From: Eledone cirrhosa
Lineage: Eukaryota
Assembly (NCBI GenBank): GCA_964016885.1
Contig: OZ024757.1
Span: 13,516,001 to 13,580,000 of the forward strand
Length of the DNA: 64,000 nucleotides
Direction: 5' to 3'
Position numbers and translations under genes: made by a program. The notes under the pieces were generated by a model, which ran no database searches, was not told the origin of the DNA, and worked only from the letters and a program-made list of their open reading frames with translations. Below are positions 1 to 11,578 of the stretch, piece by piece (position 1 is the stretch's first letter; each line of letters starts with the position of its first letter).

Positions 1-74
1 CGACAGCTAGATCCGAACTAATTTGTTTGCAACGTATTTTTTATATGAAATCGTATGTCGAAACAAATTATATT

Positions 75-826
75 TGGGGAGGGTCATATTGTTATAATAT
101 TGCCAGAAATATATAATAATACAGTTTGGGTTGGGTTGGTTTTCGCTTCCGTATATTCTACATCCCAACAGTTAATTTAGCTGGCAATCAATGTTTATCA
201 TTGATTGACCAACTGTTTATATATATATATATATATAGTCTGAGTTCTTTCATGAGACACCTGTGACATCATCAGTGATATTATTGTTTCCTCCCGTTGT
301 ATTGTAATATTTACTTATTCAATTGTTTATTTATTTGTCTCGGTTTGCGAATGTGTTTCTATGCGCGTTTTCTGTTTGGTATGTGTTCGTGTTTGTATTC
401 TATCTTCGGTCATTAGTGTGTATTTGTATGGTTGTTGTTCCATTCGGGTTTTCTGTTCTACTTCGGTTTTCTTGGTTCTATTTCAGTTGCTTCCCTAATT
501 TGGGTTTTCTTAAAGGGTTAAGGTTTACTGATCAGGGATTTTATAGTAGATCCTGGCTTTTCTACCACTTTAATCTTTCTTAGGGCCTTTGATTAGTTGT
601 TGTACCATCATTACAACACAACAGGAAGAAACAATAGTATCACTGATGTCACAGGTGTATAACGAAAGAACTCTGGGGGACTATATATATATATATATAT
701 ACAACTCTTGGTCAATCAATAAAACATTGATTGCTAGTTAAATTAACTATAGGGATAGATATAAAATATATGGAAGTGAAAAGTGAGTTTTATTATTTCT
801 GGCAATATAATAATATCCCCCACCCC
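75..826. mobile_element. Nested fold-back repeat (Penelope-like end remnants) in (TA)n, with a degenerate hammerhead core
   Basis: ~75-216 is a diverged inverted copy of ~701-826, and 238-310 is an inverted copy of ~610-682. The minus strand at ~238-284 reads CTGATGA-tgtcacaggtgtctcat-GAAA-gaa-CTC. (TA)n runs lie at the junctions. Confidence 0.5.
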
Positions 827-878
827 TATATATATATATATATATATATAATGTATATATATATATATATATATAATG

Positions 879-910
<32 letters not shown>

Positions 911-1155
911 ATGTATGTATATATATATATATATATAATGTATGTATATATATATAATGTATGTATATATATATATATATATAATGTATGTATATATATA
1001 TAATGTATGTATATATATATATATATATAATGTATGTATATATATATATATATATAATGTATGTATATATATATATATATATAATGTATATATATATATA
1101 TATATATAATGTATGTATATATATATATATATATATATATAATGTATGTATATGT
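827..1155. repeat. (TA)n/AATGTATG compound microsatellite
   Basis: Directly visible; it explains the YIYI ORFs. Confidence 0.95.
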
Positions 1156-1259
1156 ATTCCCCATTTCTCTTTTTCTATTTATCATCTATTTATTTTTTAA
1201 ATAACTTTTTATAGTAATGTGCTAGAGTGGTTTGACGTACATCTGTAGTTAGACGACTT

Positions 1260-1496
1260 AGATTTTCCATGCATTATGGCGTGAAGCGACTGAGAGTACA
1301 AGACTCCACCCTGGACAGGGCGCCAGTCCATCGCAGGGTTAAACCTCCCATCTATTGCTGGTACTCATTTTCAGCTTAGTTTACTGGAGCAACGTGAAAT
1401 GAAGTGTTTTGCTCAAGAACACATGCAACCCAGGAATCGAACCCACGATGTTATGATTGTAAGTCCAACACCCTTACCACTAGGCCACGTGCCTCT

Positions 1497-1498
<2 letters not shown>
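1260..1498 (-). mobile_element. tRNA-derived SINE
   Basis: Minus-strand head GTGGCCTAGTGG (A box) ... GGTTCGATTCC (B box). The body TTGAGCAAAACACTTCATTTCACGTTGCTCCAG is shared with copies at 38.5 and 57.5 kb. Confidence 0.8.
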
Positions 1499-1532
<34 letters not shown>

Positions 1533-1915
1533 GTTACCCTTCTACTTCTACAACTACACGCATACTGATATCCCCTCCTGTTCAAAAGCCCCCACACTCT
1601 CTCCATGTTATCCCCCACACTCTCGCCATGTTATCCCGCCTCCCCCACTCTCTCCATGCCCCCCCCCCCCCCCATACACACACACTCTCGCCATGTTTTC
1701 CCCCCACACTCTCACCATGTTTGACCCCCACCGCACTCTCGCCATGTTTACCCCCCCCCCCCACCACACTCTTCATGTTAGCCATATTACCTCCACATTG
1801 TTGATGTTAACCCTATATTCTCTAAATTAACCCCCACACAACAAATTACCCCCCTACACACACGCACACACACACACACACTGTTCATATAACAAATATT
1901 GTTTTAATTTTGTAG

Positions 1916-2011
1916 TGACCCAGACCCGTCCTGGCAACCTTACAGAAGGGGACGTCATTGTTCTAGCTGACCACACAAATACCCAGCCATTTGCCCTCTG
2001 TCAACATAAAC
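1916..2011 (+). CDS. Putative internal coding exon of an unidentified gene or pseudogene (xTQTRPGNLTEGDVIVLADHTNTQPFALCQHK)
   Basis: Acceptor ttttaattttgtag, donor gtaaat; 96 nt, open only in phase 1; non-repetitive composition. Confidence 0.4.
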
Positions 2012-2341
2012 GTAAATATTATCTGAGATTGGTCTGGCTGTCTACCATCTCCAGTTTAAACTGACCGGAGATGGTAAACAACACTGTATATCTATGATAA
2101 GTATTGTTGGTTTATATTAAGGCTGTGTATATGTATGTTTGTGTGTGTTTGTGTGTATTTAACCCTTTAGCATTCACATTACTCTATATCTACATAGATG
2201 GGAGAGACACACATACATGTATGTGTGTCTCTCCCATCTCACGTTCTCTCTCCCTTCTACTTACACACAATCTACATTCTCCCTCCCTCCCCTCAGCCAC
2301 AATAACCTCCCACCACCACCCCAAAAATTCAGCCACAAATA

Positions 2342-2420
2342 CAGGGTGACCCCCAAAAATGCATACACATATTTATTAGAATATTGTTGAAGTGTGTATA
2401 CATTTTGGGGGGACACCCTA
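2342..2420. mobile_element. Short MITE with Tc1/mariner-like TIRs
   Basis: CAGGGTGACCCCCAAAAATGCATACACA ... TGTGTATACATTTTGGGGGGACACCCT imperfect inverted repeat flanked by TA. Confidence 0.6.
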
Positions 2421-2493
2421 TATATGACACATAAACTAAATAAATAAAACTAATAAATTAACCTTCTGACCCCTGGTGGTATTTCTTTCTTAG

Positions 2494-2639
2494 CAGGAGG
2501 AAACAACTGGTCACTACCAAATAGAAATGTATGTGCCATAGGGAAGGAGTGATGCTATTGATCAAACACAAGCCAGGAGTATCATCTACCCCTCTCCTGT
2601 ACTGAAGGAGTCTACCAGTGTTGATGTTTATACCAACAG
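2494..2639 (+). CDS. Possible next exon(s) of the same unidentified gene; frame ambiguous, possibly pseudogenic
   Basis: Branch-like ttctgac and acceptor tttctttcttag(cag). Candidate donors gtatgt (2529) or gtttgt (2640). The longer reading contains an in-frame TAG. Confidence 0.25.
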
Positions 2640-2721
2640 GTTTGTTATATCTTTATTATCTATACATATTAGTATATTAGTCAAGTAGTATATTTGATTC
2701 TTATTTATATATATATATATC

Positions 2722-3186
2722 TTCATACGTCTGCTTTTTCCTGCTTGCAAGGGTGGGACGGGTCCTATTCAGCACAGCATGTCTCCATCGTTACTGTCCT
2801 CGGTCGTCATCTGTGAGCTTCAGCGATCTGAGGTCAGCTCTCACCACTTCCGCCCATGATTTTCGTGGTCTCCCTCTACTGCATCTTCCTTCTACTGGGA
2901 TTTCTTGGTACTTCTTTACCCAGCGGTCATCCTCCATGCGCATCACATGTCCATACCATCGTAGTCTTCTCTCCTGCACACCACAACTTACCCCTCTTAT
3001 ACCCAGTTTCTTTTTCAACTCGTCTATACTTGGTCGTTCACACACGTTGACATTGCACATCCAACGGAGCATGCTTGATTCATTTCTCTCCAGCCGTCGC
3101 ATATCCTCCGCAGTTGCTGCCCATCTCACACAGGCATCATATAACTGGCCTTCCGTTCGTAGGGAGAAACCCTTTGTCAACAGAAT
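2722..3186 (-). mobile_element. 5'-truncated RTE-clade LINE (RT C-terminus plus 3' UTR)
   Basis: ORF 2791-3180 has MLRWMCNV...ERRLRWYGHVMRM...RGRPRKSW, typical of the RTE ORF end. Its 3' UTR matches the local SINE tail. Confidence 0.9.
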
Positions 3187-3187
3187 G

Positions 3188-3385
3188 ATATAGAAATGGC
3201 TTCTACAGGACTAGAACTTTCATTTCAGGGAAATCGGGGCTTTCCTGATGATTTCCTTCGAATGAAACAGTTCTAGTCCTGTAGAAGCTATTTCTATATT
3301 ATATTTTGTATATACTCTACTAATGTATTGAGTACTTTACCTACTGTGGTTTCCCCCTCGATTGAACCCGAGACTCTCTCTCTCT

Positions 3386-3390
<5 letters not shown>
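3188..3390 (+). mobile_element. HHR-bearing non-autonomous Penelope-like end element (family A) with inverted 5' arm
   Basis: 3188-3235 is inverted relative to 3250-3298. Related copies at 6425-6490, 10100-10225, 13620-13812, 25010-25082 and 32724-32750. Confidence 0.75.
3238..3289 (+). ncRNA. Type I hammerhead ribozyme (family A)
   Basis: ggctttc-CTGATGA-t ttc cttc gaa t-GAAAC ag ttctagtc ct GTA-gaagct. Stem III acag/ctgt; predicted cleavage after 3283. Confidence 0.7.
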
Positions 3391-3416
<26 letters not shown>

Positions 3417-3420
<4 letters not shown>

Positions 3421-6391
3421 TGAAACAAAATGAAAACGAAATTTCATTTCTCACTCTTAGTATGGCACTTACTTAAATGTAAGTATGCATGTATACGTAC
3501 ATACATATATGTATACAGACGTACAGTAGCATGCACATATATATACATATATACATACATATGCATACAGGTACACATACATATATGCACGTATCAGTTT
3601 AGCGGCGCTTATTATAACGTCGCTTTGTTCGTTTGTAAACAAACTGAACAGCCTGAATTTATGCCATACGGTGTTAAGGCAACCACGTCACCTTTTTGTT
3701 CAACACTGACACAGGAACGATGTACTAGTTTCAAGCTTGTTAGCTATCATCAGCACCGTTTACCCATCTGCCAGATAGTTGAGCGTTCGAAAGTATATAC
3801 TTTGTGCTGATGATAGCTAACAAGCTTGAAACTAGTACATCGTTCCTGTGTCAGTGTTGAACAAAAAGGTGACGTGGTTGCCTTAACACCGTATGGCATA
3901 AATTCAGGCTGTTCAGTTTGTTTACAAACGAACAAAGCGACGTTATAATAAGCGCCGCTAAACTGATACGTGCATATATGTATGTGTACCTGTATGCATA
4001 TGTATGTATATATGTATATATATGTGCATGCTACTGTACGTCTGTATACATATATGTATGTACGTATACATGCATACTTACATTTAAGTAAGTGCCATAC
4101 TAAGAGTGAGAAATGAAATTTCGTTTTCATTTTGTTTCAATTTATCGTTTTCGGTATGCCTGACCGATTTAACTCACTCAATATGCAAATTAGGCTGCTC
4201 AGCCTTAATTTTCATAAGGGAAGTATATACTTTCGAACGTTCAACTATCTGGCAGATGGGTAAACGGTGCTGATGATAGCTAACAAGCTTGAAACTAGTA
4301 CATCGTTCCTGTGTCAGTGTTGAACAAAAAGGTGACGTGGTTGCCTTAACACCGTATGGCATAAATTCAGGCTGTTCAGTTTGTTTACAAACGAACAAAG
4401 CGACGTTATAATAAGCACCGCTAAACTGACACGTGCATATATGTATGTGTACCTGTATGCATATGTATGTATATATGTATATATATGTGCATGCTACTGT
4501 ACGTCTGTATACATATATGTATGTACGTATACATGCATACTTACATTTAAGTAAGTGCCATACTAAGAGTGAGAAATGAAATTTCGTTTTCATTTTGTTT
4601 CAATTTATCGTTTTCGGTATGCCTGACCGATTTAACTCACTCAATATGCAAATTAGGCTGCTCAGCCTTAATTTTCATAAGGGAAGTATATACTTTCGAA
4701 CGTTCAACTATCTGGCAGATGGGTAAACGGTGCTGATGATAGCTAACAAGCTTGAAACTAGTACATCGTTCCTGTGTCAGTGTTGAACAAAAAGGTGACG
4801 TGGTTGCCTTAACACCGTATGGCATAAATTCAGGCTGTTCAGTTTGTTTACAAACGAACAAAGCGACGTTATAATAAGCGCCGCTAAACTGATACGTGCA
4901 TATATGTATGTGTACCTGTATGCATATGTATGTATATATGTATATATATGTGCATGCTACTGTACGTCTGTATACATATATGTATGTACGTATACATGCA
5001 TACTTACATTTAAGTAAGTGCCATACTAAGAGTGAGAAATGAAATTTCGTTTTCATTTTGTTTCAATTTATCGTTTTCGGTATGCCTGACCGATTTAACT
5101 CACTCAATATGCAAATTAGGCTGCTCAGCCTTAATTTTCATAAGGGAAGTATATACTTTCGAACGTTCAACTATCTGGCAGATGGGTAAACGGTGCTGAT
5201 GATAGCTAACAAGCTTGAAACTAGTACATCGTTCCTGTGTCAGTGTTGAACAAAAAGGTGACGTGGTTGCCTTAACACCGTATGGCATAAATTCAGGCTG
5301 TTCAGTTTGTTTACAAACGAACAAAGCGACGTTATAATAAGCGCCGCTAAACTGACACGTGCATATATGTATGTGTACCTGTATGCATATGTATGTATAT
5401 ATGTATATATATGTGCATGCTACTGTACGTCTGTATACATATATGTATGTACGTATACATGCATACTTACATTTAAGTAAGTGCCATACTAAGAGTGAGA
5501 AATGAAATTTCGTTTTCATTTTGTTTCAATTTATCGTTTTCGGTATGCCTGACCGATTTAACTCACTCAATATGCAAATTAGGCTGCTCAGCCTTAATTT
5601 TCATAAGGGAAGTATATACTTTCGAACGTTCAACTATCTGGCAGATGGGTAAACGGTGCTGATGATAGCTAACAAGCTTGAAACTAGTACATCGTTCCTG
5701 TGTCAGTGTTGAACAAAAAGGTGACGTGGTTGCCTTAACACCGTATGGCATAAATTCAGGCTGTTCAGTTTGTTTACAAACGAACAAAGCGACGTTATAA
5801 TAAGCGCCGCTAAACTGATACGTGCATATATGTATGTGTACCTGTATGCATATGTATGTATATATGTATATATATGTGCATGCTACTGTACGTCTGTATA
5901 CATATATGTATGTACGTATACATGCATACTTACATTTAAGTAAGTGCCATACTAAGAGTGAGAAATGAAATTTCGTTTTCATTTTGTTTCAATTTATCGT
6001 TTTCGGTATGCCTGACCGATTTAACTCACTCAATATGCAAATTAGGCTGCTCAGCCTTAATTTTCATAAGGGAAGTATATACTTTCGAACGTTCAACTAT
6101 CTGGCAGATGGGTAAACGGTGCTGATGATAGCTAACAAGCTTGAAACTAGTACATCGTTCCTGTGTCAGTGTTGAACAAAAAGGTGACGTGGTTGCCTTA
6201 ACACCGTATGGCATAAATTCAGGCTGTTCAGTTTGTTTACAAACGAACAAAGCGACGTTATAATAAGCGCCGCTAAACTGATACGTGCATATATGTATGT
6301 GTACCTGTATGCATATGTATGTATATATGTATATATATGTGCATGCTACTGTACGTCTGTATACATATATGTATGTACGTATACATGCATA

Positions 6392-6393
<2 letters not shown>
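3417..6393 (+). mobile_element. Retrozyme-like 463-bp tandem array (~5.6 sense units plus an inverted ~385-bp 5' arm), one hammerhead per unit
   Basis: Exact 463-bp period (CTGATGA cores at 3807, 4270, 4733, 5196, 5659, 6122). Units are nearly identical. 3417-3802 is antisense, and (TA)n flanks both ends. Confidence 0.9.
4263..4307 (+). ncRNA. Minimal type I hammerhead ribozyme (also 4726-4770, 5189-5233, 5652-5696, 6115-6159; partial 3804-3844; antisense 3716-3760)
   Basis: Stem I AACGGTG/CATCGTT, core CTGATGA, stem II AGC-taacaa-GCT, GAAA, palindromic stem III ACTAGT, GUA cleavage triplet (after 4300). Confidence 0.85.
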
Positions 6394-6425
<32 letters not shown>

Positions 6426-6549
6426 GTGTGTGAGAGAGAGAGTCTCGGGTTCAATCGAGGGGGAAACCACAGTAGGTAAAGTACTCAATACAAAATTGAC
6501 ATTAAATGGTGATTTTTTTTTTTTTTTTTTTTTTATATATATATATATA

Positions 6550-6720
6550 TATCACCATTTAATGTCAATTTTTCTACGCTAGCATGGGTTAGACGATTTG
6601 TCCTATTGTGGGCAATGCCAGGTCAGGTGACCATGTCTTGCTCATACAGTACTGATCTTGGCTTCGCTTTAACAGCTGGAAGCCTTTCCAAACGCTAACC
6701 TCATTTACAGTAAGTACTGT
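6550..6720 (-). mobile_element. SINE 3' fragment (RTE-type tail family)
   Basis: GCTAGCATGGGTTAGAC...CAGCTGG...CCTCATTTACAG is shared with copies at 34.2, 61.4 and 62.5 kb. Confidence 0.7.
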
Positions 6721-7049
6721 TTATTTTGTATGTCGTGACCCCTACACCTTGGTCAAAATCAGTGACCCCTACACCTTGGTCCGAGCAGTGATCTCTAGTT
6801 TTCTTTCAAACTATATTTTTTCTTAAATTTAATTAAAAGAAATTTTATTAGATTTAGTTTCGGATAATTCTGTTTACATAAATAGCAAATCTTTTGATAA
6901 TTTATGTAAAATATTGTATATACTTGTATATATGTCGAGAAATGTGACAAAATATTGATGGTAAAATAGGGGGGAGGACTTGTCTTCGAGGTCAATATTT
7001 TGATTTCACCAACTTAAAAATTATATGTAAATGAGGTGCTAAAATATTT

Positions 7050-7375
7050 TCGCTTTGGAGATGAATGTTGCACCAGTTTCAATTTGGAGATGAATATTAC
7101 GCCAGTTTCACTTTGAAGATGAATATTACGCCAGTTTCACTTTGAAGATGAATATTACACCAGTTTTTCACTTTGGAGGTGAAGATTACACCAGTTTACA
7201 CTTTGGAATATTACACCAGTTTCACTTTGGAGATGAATATTACACCAGTTTCACTTTGGAGGTGGATATATTACACCAGTTTCACTTTGGAATATTACAC
7301 CAGTTTTTCACTTTGGATGTGAATATACTACACCAGTTTCACTTTGAAATATTATACCAGTTTCACTTTGGAGGT
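7050..7375. repeat. ~29-bp minisatellite (TTCACTTTGGAGATGAATATTACACCAGT)
   Basis: About 11 tandem variant copies are visible. Confidence 0.9.
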
Positions 7376-7649
7376 CAAATTTATATTTGCTATTATTTTT
7401 GATGTTTTTAATGAATATGACCTTGAAAACAATCAGAAAATGGTAACTTATTACATAATGAAGTGAAATAAAAACTCTACTCTAAATGACACTTAAAACA
7501 TTTTAAATATCAAAATATTAAAACTTCATAAATATATTCTCCACTCAGATGACAGTTTTGAAATTCTCATGTGTTGATTAGCCACCATGGCTTATAAATG
7601 GGGTTGGGATTCTGTCCTATTTCTCAAATAAAAAAAGGGATCGGCTTAT

Positions 7650-7765
<116 letters not shown>

Positions 7766-7827
7766 ACGCTATACACATCACCTACACACCTCACCACACA
7801 CCACACACATCACCAACCTATACACGA

Positions 7828-7992
7828 CACGACACGGTCGGACGCCATGATTTGACGTATAGAATTACGCCCCTTTCCATTCTGAGTTCAAATCCCGCCG
7901 TGGTTAACTTTCATCCTTACAGGGTCGATAAAATAAAGTACCAGTAATACACTGAGTAATACAAGCTGGACTTGTGCCAAAAGTAGAAACAT
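7828..7992 (+). mobile_element. tRNA-derived SINE with Deu/Nin-like core (degenerate)
   Basis: CTGAGTTCAAATCCCGCCG...TTTCATCCTTACAGGGTCGATAAAATAAAGTACCAG; homologous to 11399-11578 and 32290-32472. Confidence 0.7.
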
Positions 7993-8159
7993 TTATATTA
8001 GTTTCTGTATATTTTCTATCTTGTGTAGTTATCATGTCGAGCCATTGCTATAATTGTAAAATCTAGGAGTACTGTCAAACTTTATTTGACATCACAAATG
8101 GGTAAGTCTTACATGTTTTTCTATTTCTCATCTCTTCTTCTTTCTCTAGCACTTTCTTT

Positions 8160-8911
8160 CTCTTGTTTCTCTCATCTCACTCTCTCTTGTTACATCTCTC
8201 TCGTTTTATCTCTCTCTCTTGTTTCATCTCTCTCTCTTGTTTCATCTCTCTCTTGTTTCATCTCTCTCTCTTGTTTCATCTCTCTCTCTCTCTCGTTTCA
8301 TCTCTCTCTCTCTCTCGTTTCATCTCTCTCTCTCTCTCTCTCGTTTCATCTCTCTCTCTCTCTCTCTCGTTTCATCTCTCTCTTTCTCTCTCGTTATATC
8401 TCTCTCTTTCCCGTTTCATCTCGGTCTCTCGTTTCATCTCGGTCTCTCGTTTCATCTCTGTCTCTCGTTTCATCTCGGTCTCTCGTTTCATCTCACTCTC
8501 TCTCTCTCTCTCGTTTCACCTCTTTCATCTCTCTCTCTATCTTATCTCTATCGTTTCATCTCTCGCTCTCTATCGTTTCATCTCTCGCTCTCTCTCTCTA
8601 TCGTTTCATCTCTCGCTCTCTCTCTCTATCGTTTCATCTCTCTCTCTCTCTCTCTCTCGTTTCATCTCCCTTCATCTCTCTCTCTCTCGTTTCATCTCCC
8701 TTCATCTCTCTTTCGTTTCATCTCTCTCTCTCTCTCTCGTTTCATCTCTCTCTCTCTCTCTCGTTTCATCTCTCTCTCTCTCGTTTCTTCTTTCTCTCTT
8801 TCGTTTCTTCTTTCACTCTTTCGTTTCATCTCTCTCTCATTTCTCATCTCTCTTTTTCGTTCCTCTCATCTCTCGTTCCTCTCTTTCACGTTCCTCTCTC
8901 ATCTCTCTCTC
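8160..8911. repeat. (TC)n-rich TCGTTTCATCTC tandem repeat
   Basis: Directly visible; source of the Ser/Leu ORFs. Confidence 0.95.
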
Positions 8912-11398
8912 AGAAGAATTGTGAATGTTTATGAATAAGAATTGAAAGATGGCTAACCATGTTGAAGCAAAACAGCGAGACTGATAATGGAAATAATAAA
9001 ACGTTCTTTTTCCTAGCTAAATGCTGAAAAATCTAAAATCTTGGAGACAGGATAAAAATATAAAGACTATTTAAATATTAGTACACTATTCCATATAAAT
9101 GTCAAGACTTGAAAATATCAACATTAGTTCACTATACCAAAGACAAACACTTTGATTAATCTCCTCCAAAGTTGTAATTCTAACGAGTGACATGATGGAA
9201 ATATTTAAAATACTGAAAGGACTTCAAAATACAGAATTGGGGAAGAAAATGTAAATATAAGAGATGACCTTTGTTCTGAGGATGAAAAAATACAAAAAAA
9301 AGTTTTACATTTATTCCAGGTATTTAGAAAGTTATCCACTGTGGAAACGCCATCATCCAGTAAACCTTAATAATCCAATATCGTGGCAGCCGCCATTTAC
9401 AGTAAAAAAATAAGTCACACTCAGCAGTAAATGCAGTGAAAACAATAAAAATATTATTACTAAATAATTATAATTTCTTACTTTCAATTTTTTTTTCTTA
9501 ATTAAACACCTAATTTATTTCAAATTTGTCGTATACTGTTTGTCAAGTGATTGATAGGGAGAAGTCGATCGATGAAATGGAACCTACAAAATTGTAAATT
9601 AATATCCACCGAGAACACAAAGGTGGTGTAATATCATTTAGAAATTGAGTTATAAATGTGTGTTCAGGGCTTAGATATTCAGTGTATAACGGGGTTATTG
9701 GTATTAAGTAACATAAAATGTCGTTAGGAATTCAATATTTAGCTGAGGATATAGAATTTCTTTAAATTATTTCTTGTACCAGTAGCGAACTGGGATCGAA
9801 AGAAATATACAAGCTTAGCGCAATCTAGTTGGAGTTACAGGATATCACTGTAGGTTCCAATCTTACATTGATAAAAATGACGTTTAACAATTTATTTGTA
9901 AGTCGCACACAGGATTTAGGTATGTCAGATTTGAAATTAGTGAACATTATTGCAGACGAAGTCATGGTAGGTTCAAATCAACACTAGGGCGTTAAGAAAT
10001 AAAATGAATATTTACTTCCTGAAAGAGCCTGAATTATGAAAGACAAAGTCGACCCTTTCTAGTAACAGCAACACTGAGAAAGGCATGAACGCCACAGCAA
10101 GTAAGGTACTCAATATATATCAGAGTATAAATATTTCATATAGAAATATCTTCTACGGGGCTAGAACTGTTTCATTCAGAAAAAACCATCAGGAAAGCCG
10201 TCGATTTCTTCCTGCAGAAGCCAGCCACACACACATGTATGTTCGTAAGCCCAAGTGTCTATGATGATAAGGTCCCCCTATCTTTGTATATATATATATA
10301 TATATTGTCGATGTCTATTTCCACATGGCACATCTGTGGTACTCGATGTTGTCACCGCCTGCTTTACGTAGCATCTTAACTATCTAATATTTATTCAGAG
10401 AAGTTCTCCCTTCATATCACAAATATTCATTTCTGACTCACTGAAAACTTGTCTTGCATCATCGAGTAAAAGAGATCTAAATAAAGAATTTGTCTGGTGT
10501 TGCTATATTTGTATGTAGAGACCTATAACTTGTGAGGGAGTCCTAGAGGCCCCACATTGACATTCGGGGTGTCTCGTAAAAGTTGACAGATCCCATCTCC
10601 ACCCCAGATCTGGTCACAGATGTCTTACAGAAAGGAATTGAGAAAGAGAATCGACCCCCCCCCCCTCAGTACTACACTGGTACTTCTTTCAATATATATA
10701 AATATACAAGAGAAAGAAACAATTGAGAGCTTCAGTCTTTTAAAAGTAGCATTTATTACATTAGAGCAAAATCTTGAATTAACGATAGTTTGTGACACTA
10801 AACATGGAAACAATACGAACAATTTTGAGACAAGCTAATTACTATGAGAAGGACAAATGTATGTATCTTCAACGCCTAGACATTTCTAAAGAAAACTGAA
10901 ATGAGAAAGTGATTGAAATGGAATAATTATTGAGACATCTTATATTTTTTTGAAGAAATAAATGTTTCGGGAAAGAGTTAATAAGCAGCTATCGCCCACC
11001 TAAATATATTCTTACATGAATATATATATTAGGCTTCTACATAAACTGGAAATATTCTCCGAATTTGTAGAAAACTTATAATGAAACAATTGTTTGGAAA
11101 GAGATATTTTTTAACTTTAATTATATCTCATAAAATAATACAACTGGCTTTTCCACATAATACATATTGTTAGCACACCAAACATTTAAATTGGGTTTAT
11201 ATTAAAATATAACCTAATGTTTGTTGAGTGAGATGGTTACCAGTCGGAGATTAGCTTTAAACTATCTGTTATTGTATTAATATTGTATTAATATATATAT
11301 GTATATACATGGCTTGTATATATACTTTAATTATTATATTCGTACAACGAAGTTATGAACAGGAAGCATGTTTTGGTATCGAATGTTGAGCAAATAAC

Positions 11399-11578
11399 TG
11401 TTTCTACTTTAGGCACAAGGCCAGCAATTACCCAGTGCATTACTGGTACTTTATTTTATCGACCCCGTAAGGATGAAAGGCAAAGTCAACCTCGGCGGGA
11501 TTTGAACTCAGATCGTAAAGGGACGTAACTATGCTGGAAAGCATGGCGTCCGACCCTCTACCGATACTGCCAATCCAC
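11399..11578 (-). mobile_element. tRNA-derived SINE (Deu/Nin-like core) with 10-bp TSD
   Basis: TSD AGCAAATAAC at 11389-11398 and 11579-11588. The paralogous site at ~31414 is empty. Confidence 0.88.

Noticed and set aside
3430-6454. Repeated 126-142 aa ORFs (MKTKFHFSLL...)
   Set aside because: They are antisense to the ribozyme strand, run through TA/CA low-complexity sequence and have no recognisable domain. Their recurrence merely reflects the 463-bp repeat.
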